64,000 bases of DNA from the human T2T-CHM13v2.0 reference genome, Homo sapiens. This document shows, piece by piece, positions 26,069-38,728 of this stretch. The notes beneath the pieces were generated by a model. It saw only the letters and a program-made list of their open reading frames with translations, made no database searches and was not told where the DNA came from. The translations under genes and the position numbers were made by a program. The stretch lies in the NCBI RefSeq assembly GCF_009914755.1, contig NC_060925.1; one strand, 5' to 3'. The stretch's first letter is position 1. Each line of letters begins with the position of its first letter.

Positions 26069-26947
26069 TTCAGTGGTGAGTCCTGATTTCCATAATGTTT
26101 GATTTGTCAGTGGTTTGGGGTAATCAGTGCCGAGGTCTTTCTCCCTTCAAAGCTTGCGCCATGGCTGTGATTCACAGAGAGTTTGTGGAAGGCAGCACTA
26201 GTTTAGTGGCAAGCAGGCTCAGTTTCTGATTCTAGCCCCGCAGTCATTGGCGGGTCCTGCATGGAATGACTTCAGGCCAAATAAAACCTCTCTCTGGGAT
26301 TTAGAGTCTTCTTTCAACACAGTGGGTGGCATAGAGTTGACAATCAGCAAATAGTGGAGTCCTTTTCTTCCTTTCTAAGTCTGGTATTGCCTGTGTGTCT
26401 AGAAACCCATTTAACTTCCCTGGGCCTCAGTTTCCTTGTTAAGAAAATGGGAATAATCATCTTCACTGGATACTTTGTAGGATTATTTTGAAGCTCAAAC
26501 AGCAGTTGGGATAAGATGGTGCAATGCTTTGTAAGCTGAATCACTTTACAAACATACGGGATCATTATTATAAACTGAGCCAAGTTCAAATGGTTCCACT
26601 GAAATTCTGAGTCCCTGAGGCTAAAATGAGTTAATATTTGGAGTGGCCTCCTGAGCTCCAAGGAAGAATAACAATGAAACTTTCATCTCCTGGACTAATA
26701 ATAGTGAAAAACAGTTCACCATTATGGGCCTATTCATCGCTACCCCGTGAAAACAGAGCTAACTGCTATAAAACGAGGCCAATTAAATCTACACAATTCT
26801 GCTTCCTGCCTCCCATCCTTTTCACCTATTCTCCCCCTCTCCCAAATAATAGCCTTTCTCCCCTCCCTTCTCTTCATGGTGAAGTCTTACATCTGTGAAG
26901 ATCATAAAACGCATGACAGCCATTGGGGGAAAAAAAATCACACTAGT

Positions 26948-26983
26948 ACACACACACAAACACACACACACACACACAAACAC
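26948..26983. repeat. (CA)n microsatellite
   Basis: Directly visible. Confidence 0.9.
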
Positions 26984-28211
26984 ATCAGCACATCCCTCCC
27001 CAGCAGTGTCCTTAAGAAAAGGAATAACCAGTTGGAGACAGCTGCATTGATGGTGCCACTAAGCAGCCCTGGTGACATGGCCAAGGGCATTTCTTGACTC
27101 CTTTGCACGTGCTCTGCACACCAAGACACACAGGCTTAGCCTGAAATCAGCCCTGAGTGGACATTCAGAACTTAAATGCTCTTTAATTAAAGCAAATATC
27201 ATGGCATTTGTTCCAAGAGTCTGCAAGAGTTACTGACCAGCGGACTTCCTTGAGTTCCTTTCCCTGTCATAAGAAGTTGAAAATATCACCTCACAGATCA
27301 CCCATAGATGTTTAATGCCCTAATTTGGAAATACTGCATTTCTGTTTTTATTTTTAGTTTTGCAACTTTGGGAACAGTGCAAAAGAGAAAGACCTAGGTT
27401 ATGATGGAATGAACACTGGACATAAAGTGAAACCACCAGAATTCAAATGCTTACTATGTTCCTTATAAGTTGTGTCACCTTGTGTAAGTCACTTCTCATC
27501 TGCAATACGGGGAAACAATGCCCACTTCTCAAGTGCTGGGGAGCTCAATAGAAGTATCCCAGAAATAAAAAGCCTCATATACTGTACGTTTCTCCTGTTG
27601 AGTAAGTGTGAGTTGTGATCCCTCAAAAGGGCGACGAATTAGGATCAGGAGCCATAGAACCTGAATCTGGCCTCTGTTGCTAACCAGTTGGGTGACCTTC
27701 ACAAATCATTGCACCTCTTGGAGGCTCATTTTTCTCACACCATTCAAGAAATATTCGCAAAATTTCTATCATGTGGCAGGTTCTGTGTATAATTCCATGA
27801 ACTCTTAGTCAAATATAAGGATGACTATGACATTTTTGACTACTGGTTAATGATATGAATTGTGTAATTTCATTATTTCAATGTCGTATCTTCCCTTATG
27901 ATCTCCATTTCGAGGTTGTATTGTTCTCTGTGATCTTAACCTTCTATTCTAATTTATATTGTCCTAGTTTCTGAATATTAAATATTTTTAATTTATACTT
28001 TACTATTTTAATAGAGCCATACTGAGTAAGCTGCTATGAATACTTTGTAGGGTGGAATGCAATACTGATATATAAACAAATTAATAAATAAGAGCAGAGG
28101 AAATATTCCCAGATTAAAATTTATTAATTTTGCCTAAGTAAATCTGATTGTCATTCTCCGATTACCCAACCCCAAACCTATCTTTATGTGAGATTTAAAA
28201 TAAAGATGCTC

Positions 28212-28511
<300 letters not shown>

Positions 28512-29254
28512 TCACTTTTCCAAGATTAAACAATAGTTAAACGCCACCCCCCCCCCAAAAAAAGAGAGAAAGATACATCTGAGAAGGTTACTATAATTCA
28601 TACATATTTTAAAGGATAATAGCAGCAGCTTTCCTGACAAATAGTTTTGAAAATGAGAGGGAAGGGTTCAAATCAAAGAGTGTTTTCTTTGACACTATGA
28701 GGGCTGATGGCAAGGAAAGGGGTGGTGAGAGCAGGGCACAACTGACCAAAGTGGAGGGACCTAGCTTTGTGCTGAGGATCTGATAGCAGCTATGACACCT
28801 AAATCCTCACATACCTGTAAAGCAGATGGCACCATCCCCTCTTCACAACTTGCCCCAGGCCACACGGCTATGAATTCAGATCCAAATCTTTTTGACTAAA
28901 TGTGCACCATATTTCCACTCCACCATGCTGATTCCTTCATCCTCCTTCCTAATTTTGCTGAGTGTTAATATTGCCCCAGGTGAAAGCCTCTGCCTCAGTC
29001 CCAGGATACCCCTGAAATGTAGGTGAGCCCAGTGGGGGAGCAGTATAGCCAACCCATTCCCTCTCCTCCCTTTCCATGTGAGTCCTAGTCCATAGCTGTT
29101 CTACAGTGGCCTCATAAAGGACAAAGCAGACTTCATAAAGAATCAGCCTGAGTCTCCGGGCATACTCTAACCAGGGTGAGGAGAAAGTTTCTAGTTGTGT
29201 TCAGGAGAAGTTGTCTTCCTTTTTAGAGGCTTGCATTATGTGAGACAACTCAGG

Positions 29255-29715
29255 TTAGTATAATGGAAGGAGCACAGAATTTGTCATAAAGATAATAGTT
29301 GAAACCCAGGCTCTATAGCAGCACTGTACAGTAGAACTTTCTATAATAATGGACATGTTCTCTAGCTGCACTTTTCAATAGAATAGCAATAGCCATGTGT
29401 GACAGTAGGACTCTTGAAACGTAACTAGTGCAACTGAGCAACTGAGTTTTTAATTTTGTTTAGAGTTAATTAATCTAAATTTGTTTAGCACCATGTGACT
29501 AGTGGCTACTGTGTTGGATAGCATAGCTAGCTCTACTGCTTTCTAGCTGTGTGACCTTGAACAAGTCCCTTTATTTCTCAGAGCCTGAGATCACTCATCT
29601 GTGAAATGTTCATAATCCTGTCACCTTGCAACTTCATTGGATTGACAAAGAGAGGGAAGAGCCATGCAAGTGCTTAGCACAAAATTTTGCTTTTAATAAG
29701 GACTCAAGAGACCTT
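29255..29715 (+). mobile_element. MIR split by MER3
   Basis: gaaacccaggctct ... ctctactgctttctagctgtgtgaccttgaacaagtc..catctgtgaaatg. Confidence 0.75.
29318..29530 (+). mobile_element. MER3 (hAT-Charlie MITE)
   Basis: gcactgtacagtagaactttct...ctagtggctactgtgttggatagca; flanked by a ctcta-containing duplication. Confidence 0.8.
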
Positions 29716-31009
29716 AGTTGAATCTGAAAATTTGAATCTTATAATAGTCAAAGAGAAATGCATGTTAAAAGTTTATGCCTGGATTTTTCTACAGAATTGA
29801 TTCCTTATGATGGCTTTATTCATCCAAACTTCATTTGCCTGCCAAAAATGACCTCAGAGAAAACAGGAATAAAGAAAGTCACACTAGTTATAGGATGGTG
29901 GGTACCATCCCTACTCTCACCACCCTACTTCCCCTGGAGTTCTGAGATGTCATTTTCTCCCGTGATGGAAATAGCTAAAAGCAGGGCAAAGTGTTTCACA
30001 TAAGATGTAGCCACAGATCTTTGAGAGTTTTGCCAACAATTTTCTTCTTTCTCCTCCACTTTTAAACACATTGTTTTCAAAAAATTTGTCCATCTGGTTC
30101 TGATTCATTTGCACTTAACTCATGAGAGTTAAGTTGCAATAGAGTTAAGTTATGTTGCAATAGCAGACTGACTTGTAAAAAGTTCTAATTCATACATCTC
30201 CCAGACTCTTTCCTTAGAAATAGGGAAATGTTTGGCCAACAGATGGACAAAGCCCACTCAAGATGGGAGAGAGGGTACAAGATGGCAGTCTCACCTCTGC
30301 TATAAGCTCTCAGGAAACCCTGAGCATGTCCTAAATTTCTAGGGTCTGGGTGTCCCCCATCCTAGGATTATTGCATTGAGTAGGAATTGAGTTGGATGAC
30401 CAAATGGTCCCTCTTGAGTACAGAACTGATGCATATAGTTGCACCAAATAAATTGCTGGATTCTTTAAATAACCACTTCAGCCAGAGTTCTTGTGATTCT
30501 ACTGTCCTCAAGTTCTAGGGAGTTATCTACAAACCTCTTTGACTACCCATATGACCGCTGTCGAGATTATTTCATCAGAGTTCTTGTTTTCAATGATCTC
30601 CCAAAGTTGGGAATAACAACTCCCAAATTTATATTTCCAAACTACATTTTCTTCTGACTTACTGCCTCATATATACAACTGTCATCTTCACATCTTTACT
30701 TGGATGTGCTATAGCCATCTCAAGCCAGGTGTGTCCAAAATGGAGATTAACATTTTTTCCCACAAATTTTTCCCTTCAATGTTCTCCACCTCCATAAAGA
30801 ACAATACCATCTACCCAGTGGATCAAGAGACCTTGAATCAAGAGACACCAAGTTCAGCCACTGTAAGTCTCTCAGCTTTTTATTGAACTCTCCTTGAATG
30901 CTGAGGGCTAGAAAATTTTGTCTTCTTATATCTCTCACTCATTGAGCCTGCCAGTAGCTAATATTTTATTTTCCATGGGTTTAGGGTTGTTGATTCAAGT
31001 TCCTTCTAG

Positions 31010-31238
31010 AGCCAGGTGTGGTGACTCACACCTATAATCCCAGCACTTTGGGAAGCCGAGATGGGAAGATTGCTTGAGCCCATGGCCCATGTCTCTGGTC
31101 CCAGCTTCTCAGGAGGCCAAGGTGGGAGGATCACTTGAGCCTGGGAAGTCAAGGCTGCAGTAGGATGAGATCATACCACTACACTCCAGCCTGGGTGACA
31201 GAGTGAGAACCTGTCTCAAAAAAAATAAAAATAAAAAA
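31010..31238 (+). mobile_element. AluJ with ~75-bp internal deletion
   Basis: Left arm stops at ttgagccca and resumes near the right-arm start; TSD aagttccttctaga / aaattccttccaga. Confidence 0.88.
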
Positions 31239-31770
31239 TTCCTTCCAGAATGGCCATTTTTCCACTAGACTGTGAGGTCTGGAAAAGGCAGGGAACATTC
31301 TGTTTGTTCTATATTCCTAGCACAAAACAGGTATGACAAAGTGAAAATTAGAGACTCTGTTCTCTACTTCCTTCCTACTATTTCTCTCTACCTTTACTCT
31401 AGCATTATCACACAGGCTATAATTATCTACATTTATTCTTCTTCATTAGACTGGGAAGCTTTGTCTTATTGACTCATCTTTGCTGTCTTAATACTAAGTT
31501 CCTAGCCTGACACTTAGGAAGTGTCCAAAGAATGTGTGCATGAATGAAGAAATAATAAAATGAATTAGTGAATGAAGAATAAAGAAATAAAGGAACTGAT
31601 GAGGCACTCCCTGGCAGGCCCTGATTATGCTGCATCCAGGAGACACCTAATCACATATATTTTCTTCCATCATACAGCCCAGCCAGGAGGCAGGAAGAAA
31701 GATCAGGAAGAGCTTAATGTTCAGTGGAAATTTCTTACCAGCAATCAACTCCCAGTCTGACTTTTATAAT

Positions 31771-31771
<1 letters not shown>

Positions 31772-31802
<31 letters not shown>

Positions 31803-31857
31803 CCCCTCTCCTTTCTTCTCCCTCCTCTCTTTCTTTTTCTCTCGCTCTCTTTTTTTT
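31772..31857. repeat. (TC)n microsatellite / polypyrimidine tract
   Basis: Directly visible. Confidence 0.9.
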
Positions 31858-32722
31858 AAAGTCAGTTGTGGTGTCTTTTCTTCCTTCCACCTTACCCATT
31901 ATTATGATAATGACTTCAAACACCATGCATTGCTATTCAGGGCACTGTAAAAATGTGTTTTTCTCATCAGTCCCCATGAAATAGTTTCCACTGTCTGTTT
32001 CCCTTGCAGATAGCAATCAAAGTCTAGGCGCAACAATAAAGAAAAAAAAGGCCCAACTCTTGTCCAACATAGAATCTAAAACTTGTCCTTGGAAAGTGAC
32101 CCCAAGGGAATTTAATCACAAATATTCTTGACTTGGCCCAGCCTCTTGCTGTTGAATACAGAGTATCAGGAATGGTCTGTTTCTGGGGACTGATTTCTCT
32201 ATTATTCCCTCTTAGTTTTCTCAGAAGACCAAAATAAGAGGCCTTTGAAGAAAATTGCTCCCTTAAGACCTCCAGTAGAGTCTCCAGGGTCTAACACTAG
32301 TTTTTAAATTTCACTGTCCACATCCTGTGGCTATAGTCCCCTAAGCTCTAATCATCCTGTTGCCTGGACTTGTTATTCCCTCAGATTGGTTGACTTTGCA
32401 TCACCAGGTCAGTACCTGGCCCTATCTCCTACTAGTCATATTACCTTGGACAATTGTTTCACCTCCTGTCCTCAGTGTTCCCATTATAAAACAGGAGTAC
32501 TAACCTGTATCTCACAGGATAATTGTGAGGTTAAATTATATAATATAGCAGATACTAAATGGGAATTGGTCCTGGACTGGTTGGAGACCACAAATTCTTT
32601 CTCCTCCTTGTCAGCCTCTCCCTTCTCTAAGCTCTTTTAGTGCTAGTACCATGCTAACAGAATTCATAGGCAGAATGGCCTTTAGAGATTGTCAGTGGAA
32701 AAGTCCCATTTCAAATGTGTGG

Positions 32723-32872
32723 TATACATACACACATAGCACATACACAAAACACACCATACTACACACATTACCTACACACTGCACCAAACACACACCA
32801 CCACATACACCACAATACACACATACAAAACATACCACACACACAAATCACACAATGCACACATACACACAT
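32723..32872. repeat. Degenerate CA-rich low-complexity repeat
   Basis: About 150 bp of acacac/cataca variants. Confidence 0.85.
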
Positions 32873-33199
32873 GCAAAAGCTGGGCATTTGGTCATTTGCC
32901 ATTTCAAATTCCAAGGATGGCCTGTCCCTAATGCCCTTTCTTCTCTTGGGATTTGGCCTTCATAACTAGGAAAGCAGTTCTGGTGCTCAATCAATCCAAA
33001 GGGGCTATGAGGAAACACTGTGTGAAACACAAAGAGAAGGATGCTGTTCTAAAGGTTTAGACCATATTTCCCATGCCCAATTGATGATAGTCATAAGTAA
33101 CGTATGCAGAGCATTTATCGTGTCTGGGCACCATGCTGGTGCATTACCTGTAGGAAAAATTTAACCTTCATAACATACCTGTATGTATGCACTATTAAG

Positions 33200-33790
33200 C
33201 AATCAGATTGCAGAGAAAACAGTCATCCCCAGACATTCTCTATTGCCTGAGGTCCATTCAGTGGCTGGGCTCCCTGTGCCACCTTTGCTTACTAGCAACT
33301 AAAAGAGCAATTGTACCTCAAGCTAGGAGTGACCAATGATTAACTGGCAAAAGAGCACTGTGAGTGTTAATTTTTCTGAGTTTCATTTATAAATGGTCCA
33401 AAGAAAGTAACTGGTGGGCATCCAGAGATTAGGCCATGAATCTCTCTGCCATGTCATCACACTAAAAATATGGCTGATGTCTATGGTGCTAATGCTCGAT
33501 ACCTCCCAGAAGCCTACAGTCATTCCAGAGCCCATGTGATGCTTGGTGCTCTTGGCTCCATACTAGTGCCAATTGCATAGTTTTGTTACTCAAAATGCAA
33601 AGCAATTTCTGTAAAGACCAAGCCAGCTGTTCTCTGCCAGCCTATAATTGGCCATTGAGTCTATAGAAAGTTGTTGACTTTTGTTGGCAAAAGAGTGGCA
33701 CAAACAATCCACCCATGATGTCATATAACACAGGGCAGGACACAACCATTCCAGTCCCAGAGACTTACAAAGATACTAGGTTCCATTAAG
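33200..33790 (-). mobile_element. Probable L4 (RTE-X clade) reverse-transcriptase relic
   Basis: Minus-strand translation gives G-L-x/G-C-V-L (QGC motif remnant) near 33735-33757, then SKGG and E-x-x-W-G in the expected order; very degraded. Confidence 0.35.
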
Positions 33791-34434
33791 CCAGGCAACT
33801 GGAATTTCAGTGATATCACTTAAAAAGAGGGCTGTCTCCTTTGGGACAACATGGCTGTGTAGATAAAATTTTAAAAATAGCTCTTACTGCTCTAAATAAC
33901 ATATATGAAGCATATGTATTCATAACATACATGAAACTCCTAAAGTTCTAAGATGGCATAAAACATTGAAAGAATTGGCTCCCAATAGGATCTGCATTTT
34001 CTGCTCCTTGTTCCATCTCAGTAGGCTGGATTAGACACCCTACAACCAACCTCCTCCCTTTAATTCATATGGTTGGCAGTTTGCAAAGTGCTTTCATGTT
34101 CATTATTTCATAAGTCATTCACAATGACCCTGAAGCATTATCATTTGTGTTTTACAGATGTGGAAATTATGCATCAGCAATTTATTTGGTAAGCAACTTA
34201 CCAAATATCCCACAGCCCACAGTGACAGAGGTAGAACTGTATGATTGATTGTTCAGTGTTCATGCCACTGCACTGTGCTGCCGCCAGCCAGTCCAAATTT
34301 AGCTGCAACTTGATATCAATAGACTTTCCAGGGGATGCCCTGAGGCTTTCTGTTCTGAGTGATTGCAAGAAGAAAGGGGGTCATTTCTAGGTACAGTCGA
34401 GGCCACAGATCTTCCCATATGCTGCTCCCTACTG

Positions 34435-34705
34435 CTCTTTGACTCCAATTTATCTTTAAGTCTCAGATAAATGCCAGTTTCTCAAGGTGGGCTTCCCTGA
34501 CACCCTACCTAAGTTAGGGGTTCCACTGTTATCTGTCTCTACAGCATCTTTATTTTTCCTATTTAATAATACTCACCATACTTACAATAACTTTTTCAAT
34601 TCCTATTTTCTTTGCTTAGCTATAAGCTTCATGAAGGCAGGAACCATATTCAGCTAGAACAGTTCCTATACATTAGGTACTTGATACATGTGTAGAATGA
34701 AAGAA
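34435..34705 (+). mobile_element. L2 3' end
   Basis: tctttaagtctcag..cttccctgacaccct..tataagcttcatgaaggcaggaacc..taggtacttgatacatg. Confidence 0.7.
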
Positions 34706-35894
34706 CAAATTGTTTCCTCTCATAGGAAAGTCTGGACAGGTCCAGAGAATGTCAGCCCATCAACTAGAAGGAAACTTACCTGAGATAGCCAGAGGGTAAG
34801 TATGAAATATATTCAAGAAAAAGATCAGCAACTGGTCAAATTACAGTAGCCATTTTTCAGGTCTAAACTGGGATTAGAAGCCAGGAACAGGACTGAAGGC
34901 AAAGGAACAGGAACAAAAGCCTTTTTTCTTTTTTTTCCAGCAGGATGGGTCACTCAAAGCTTCCCTGTTAGGGACCAGAGGAATGGCATCTCAGCAATAG
35001 GGCCAGGAAAACAAAGTTCACAGCTCCCTTTGGGGCTTTTTAGTTAAAACAGATGGCTCTGTACCTTGATAAATGCTTTCCTTTTCATATAATAAGTGAA
35101 TGAGAGCTATAGACAGATTCAGTGGTGAAATATCATGGCAGGAGGTGTGTTTAAGGAAGATTATTCAGTTAGAATATACAGAGAAAAACCACAAGAATTG
35201 GGAAGACCAACTATGATGCAAACAGACAAGAGGGAAGCAATGAGAACATGAATTAATATTGTGAAAATTGAACAGAATCAACAGAATTGAAATATACTTC
35301 AGAAGTACCCTCTGTTGAACTTGGTAATTGATAAGCTATAAAATAGTGTCCTTTTTTGATTTGCTATCTGCTTACTAAGTGCTTTTATATCTTTTACCCT
35401 GTTTGAGCCTTATGAGGGGGCTGTGTGTTTGAGAAAGAAGAAAATAAGCTTAAGAGCGTATATGTCCCAGACACAAGCTCTGAGTGGCTCAGCTGGGATG
35501 AGAGTGCAGTTTCCTTTACTACCAGCTCTGAGCCCTCTAGACAATGTCAGGTCGTCATACAACTTGGAGCTTAGGTTACAGGAATGGGCTCACCTTACTC
35601 CCCCCAGGATCAAGCTGTCTTTGATCTTGTTTATTTATTCATTTAATGAACATTTATAGCCACGCATTTCCCAGAAGAGAGGTCCGAGGATTCCCAACAG
35701 TTCTGGGAGCCTGACAATACTGTCAACAGCTGCTGCACTGGAGACCAGGGAGCCTCGGGGCAGGTTCTGCTTGCTGTGAGTCAGACCTGCTTTTCATCTT
35801 TACTGTTTTTCCTGATTATACTGTAAAATGTCCAAACAAGAAATATTAAAAAGCCAAAATCCTATGTACTTTGCTACAATTTACTATCTTATAT

Positions 35895-36140
35895 AATAAT
35901 AGATTAAAAATATGGAGCCTTGGCTAATTGCCAGGCACCGGGCAAGACAACTTTACATACAGCATCTTATTTAGTCCTCACAATAGTCAGAGGCAAGTAC
36001 TATTACTACCTCTATTTAGCAGCTAAAAAACCTGAGGCTCCTGGAAAGTAACTTGCCCAAGTTCACAGCACTAGAAAGTAGCAGAGGCAGAATTCTAGCC
36101 AGGCCCTGTGATCTCACAGTCCACATACGTAACCACACTG
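35895..36140 (-). mobile_element. MIR
   Basis: tgccaggcac..tttagtcctcacaa..ctgaggctc..taacttgcccaagttcacagc. Confidence 0.8.
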
Positions 36141-36687
36141 TGTATCAGGGATATCTTGCCAAATGAGACATATTTAATCACATCTGTTTCTCAAAGAAAA
36201 AGCTGTTGTTGTCTTCTATTCTCCAAAATGTTTCATGAGTTTTGTTAACCAGAGTGAAAGGACCAATCTACAATTCACTAAAAAAGTCACATTCTTCTAA
36301 CAAGCTTAAATACGTTCTCTCCTACCTACTTGCTGAGCCAGAAATCCTCAGCAATTATAAAGGGGTAGCTATGTCCCTTTATCTGTGGTGGACAAAGCAC
36401 TTGACCAAAGTTAGGAGGCTTGACTCTTGGCGTAGGCCTTGATGATACTACTAACTTACTGAGTGATCGTGAGCACAATACCTTCTCTACTGGCTTGTTG
36501 GTTTACAATCAGAAGTTTGCATGGTCTCTGAGGGCCCTTCCAGCTCTACTTACTATAACATGGTGCCTCTCATGATGTCCTAAAATGCAAACGGGCTGAT
36601 TTTATAAAACCTTTTGTTAAAAATAACATTTAAACATTCTCAGTAGTATTGAGAATGGAGGAATTGTTACAGAAAGGAGATAGAGGG

Positions 36688-37147
36688 TGTATTCATTTCC
36701 TATAGTTCCTGTAACAAATTATCACAAACTTAGTGGTTTAAAACAACAGAAATTTATTCTCTGTGTTTTAGAGGCCAGAGTTTGAAATCAAGGTGTTGGC
36801 AGGGCTGCGCCACCTCCAGGTGCTCGTGAGGAGAACCCTTCCTTACCTCCTTCAGCCTCCAATGGCTACTGGCATTCCTGGCCTATGTCTGCATCACTCC
36901 AATCTGCTTCTAATGTCTGTGGTCACATTGTCTTCTCCTCTTGTTCTATATTAAATCTCCCTCTGGTGCTCTCTTAGAAGACATCCGTGATCGTATTTAG
37001 GGCCCACCCAGAAAACCCATGATATCCCCATCTTTAGATCCTTTGTTTAATCAACTTGCCAATGACCATTTTCCAAATAAGGTAATAGTTACAGATTCCA
37101 GGAATTAGGGCCTGCTATCTTTGGGAGCTGTTATTTGGCTTATTAAA
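36688..37147 (-). mobile_element. MLT1C-like MaLR solo LTR
   Basis: tgtattcatttccta..gtaacaaattatcacaaacttagtggtttaaaacaacagaaatttattct; TSD gaggg/gaagg. Confidence 0.85.
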
Positions 37148-38674
37148 GAAGGGCATTGAAAATCCTATTTCATCCTGCTTCATGATGATATTCAAGGTGA
37201 TCTCTCAAGGACATCATCATGCATAAGAACCAAACATAGGTAGATATAATCATGCTGTGGGCATTTGGTGGGGAAAGGTAGAGAAGCAGGAAGGCAGAGT
37301 CAAGAGAAGCTGACTGTAGTAGGATTGTTGCATAATGGACATAACATTTGCTACCTGAAACAACACACAACTGCATCATGCTGACTGGATGAGAGCCTGC
37401 ATTCCTGTCAACCAGGACAAGACCACTAAAGAGTCCTAGATTGGCCAACCAATGAGTAATTTTCTGACACTAACCATTTGTTGTAAAATCAAACAACTTT
37501 TCGGTGCCAGAACTCTCCGTCTCAGAAACATTTAATTCCATGCAAAACATTTAATTATTTTATTTAAGGAAAAAATAAACCACACTTCTCATTCTATGAG
37601 TACTATGCCCATGCTCCTTAGACTGCTGTGGGATTTCCCATGTCCTCTCTTGTTCAGAAAACTTACTAACTTCGGGAAACATTCTTAAATATCTTCTTAA
37701 AAATCAAGGCCCAAACAATAGTTTCATAACTTAAAGATGTTTACCTTGTTGGAAAGTCCCTAGGAAATTTGGAGTCAAGGCTACATTCTGCTGCTCACCA
37801 GCTAGGTGCCTTCAGTTAAGTCATGCCTTGCTCAATCACTGAGATGTTGCTCCCTCCCAGCCAGTTAATCTCTCCCTGATTTAGAATAATCTTTTTTAAA
37901 AGTCTTATCTCCATTTCCAAACTGTGAGCTCTTCGATGGCAGAGAAAATGTCTTGAAGAAAATAATGGCTGATTTATTGAGCCATGTGTTCCCTCCAGCA
38001 CTCAGCCAAGTCCCGATAAATCATGGAAATTATTTCTGTTTTACAGATAGGGAAACTGAATGTGTAGAGAAGTTAGCTGACTGTTTCAAAGCTGTACAGA
38101 TACAGTCAGGATTCACACCCTCTGTAAATCAAAAATTCATACTCTTTTCCCCAAATCATGCTTCTAGAACATGAGAGACCCTGGAGGAAATGGTTGATGG
38201 TTGAGAATAAATTAAAAAATGGAAAATGAAGCAGAGACATGTTTGCACTAAACATGAACTATACCACCTCCGGGATGCTAGAAACCACGAGTTGTGTGAG
38301 AGAGGGCAAGCAGAGGCAGATAGAAAGAGCAGTGGTTTACACAATAAAGCCTTACAAATGAACAACTCTCCTCAATGCCCAAAGCAATTTTCATAGGTGG
38401 TGTTTTATTTGATTCTCATAAGATACCTGGGTGGCATGAAGTATAAGGAAGTGAATTCTCACTTTTAGTAATTGAAATGCCAACTGAGGTGTTAAGTGGC
38501 TACAGTTCCTAAGTAGTAGGGCCAGGATTCAAAGCCAGTTCATAAAAATCCTTGTGCAGTGCTTTTTCCACTAGGCAACATAGCTCTCTCCCCACATGGA
38601 CTTTCCTTGTAGGCCACAAATACAGCCTGCTCAAGTGCTCTGAGGCCAGCCTGCTTCCATCAGCCCCTACCACC

Positions 38675-38728
38675 ACCACACATGCATGTGCGTGCACTCA
38701 CACACACACACACAAACACACACATACA
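38675..38728. repeat. Imperfect (CA)n microsatellite
   Basis: Directly visible. Confidence 0.85.
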
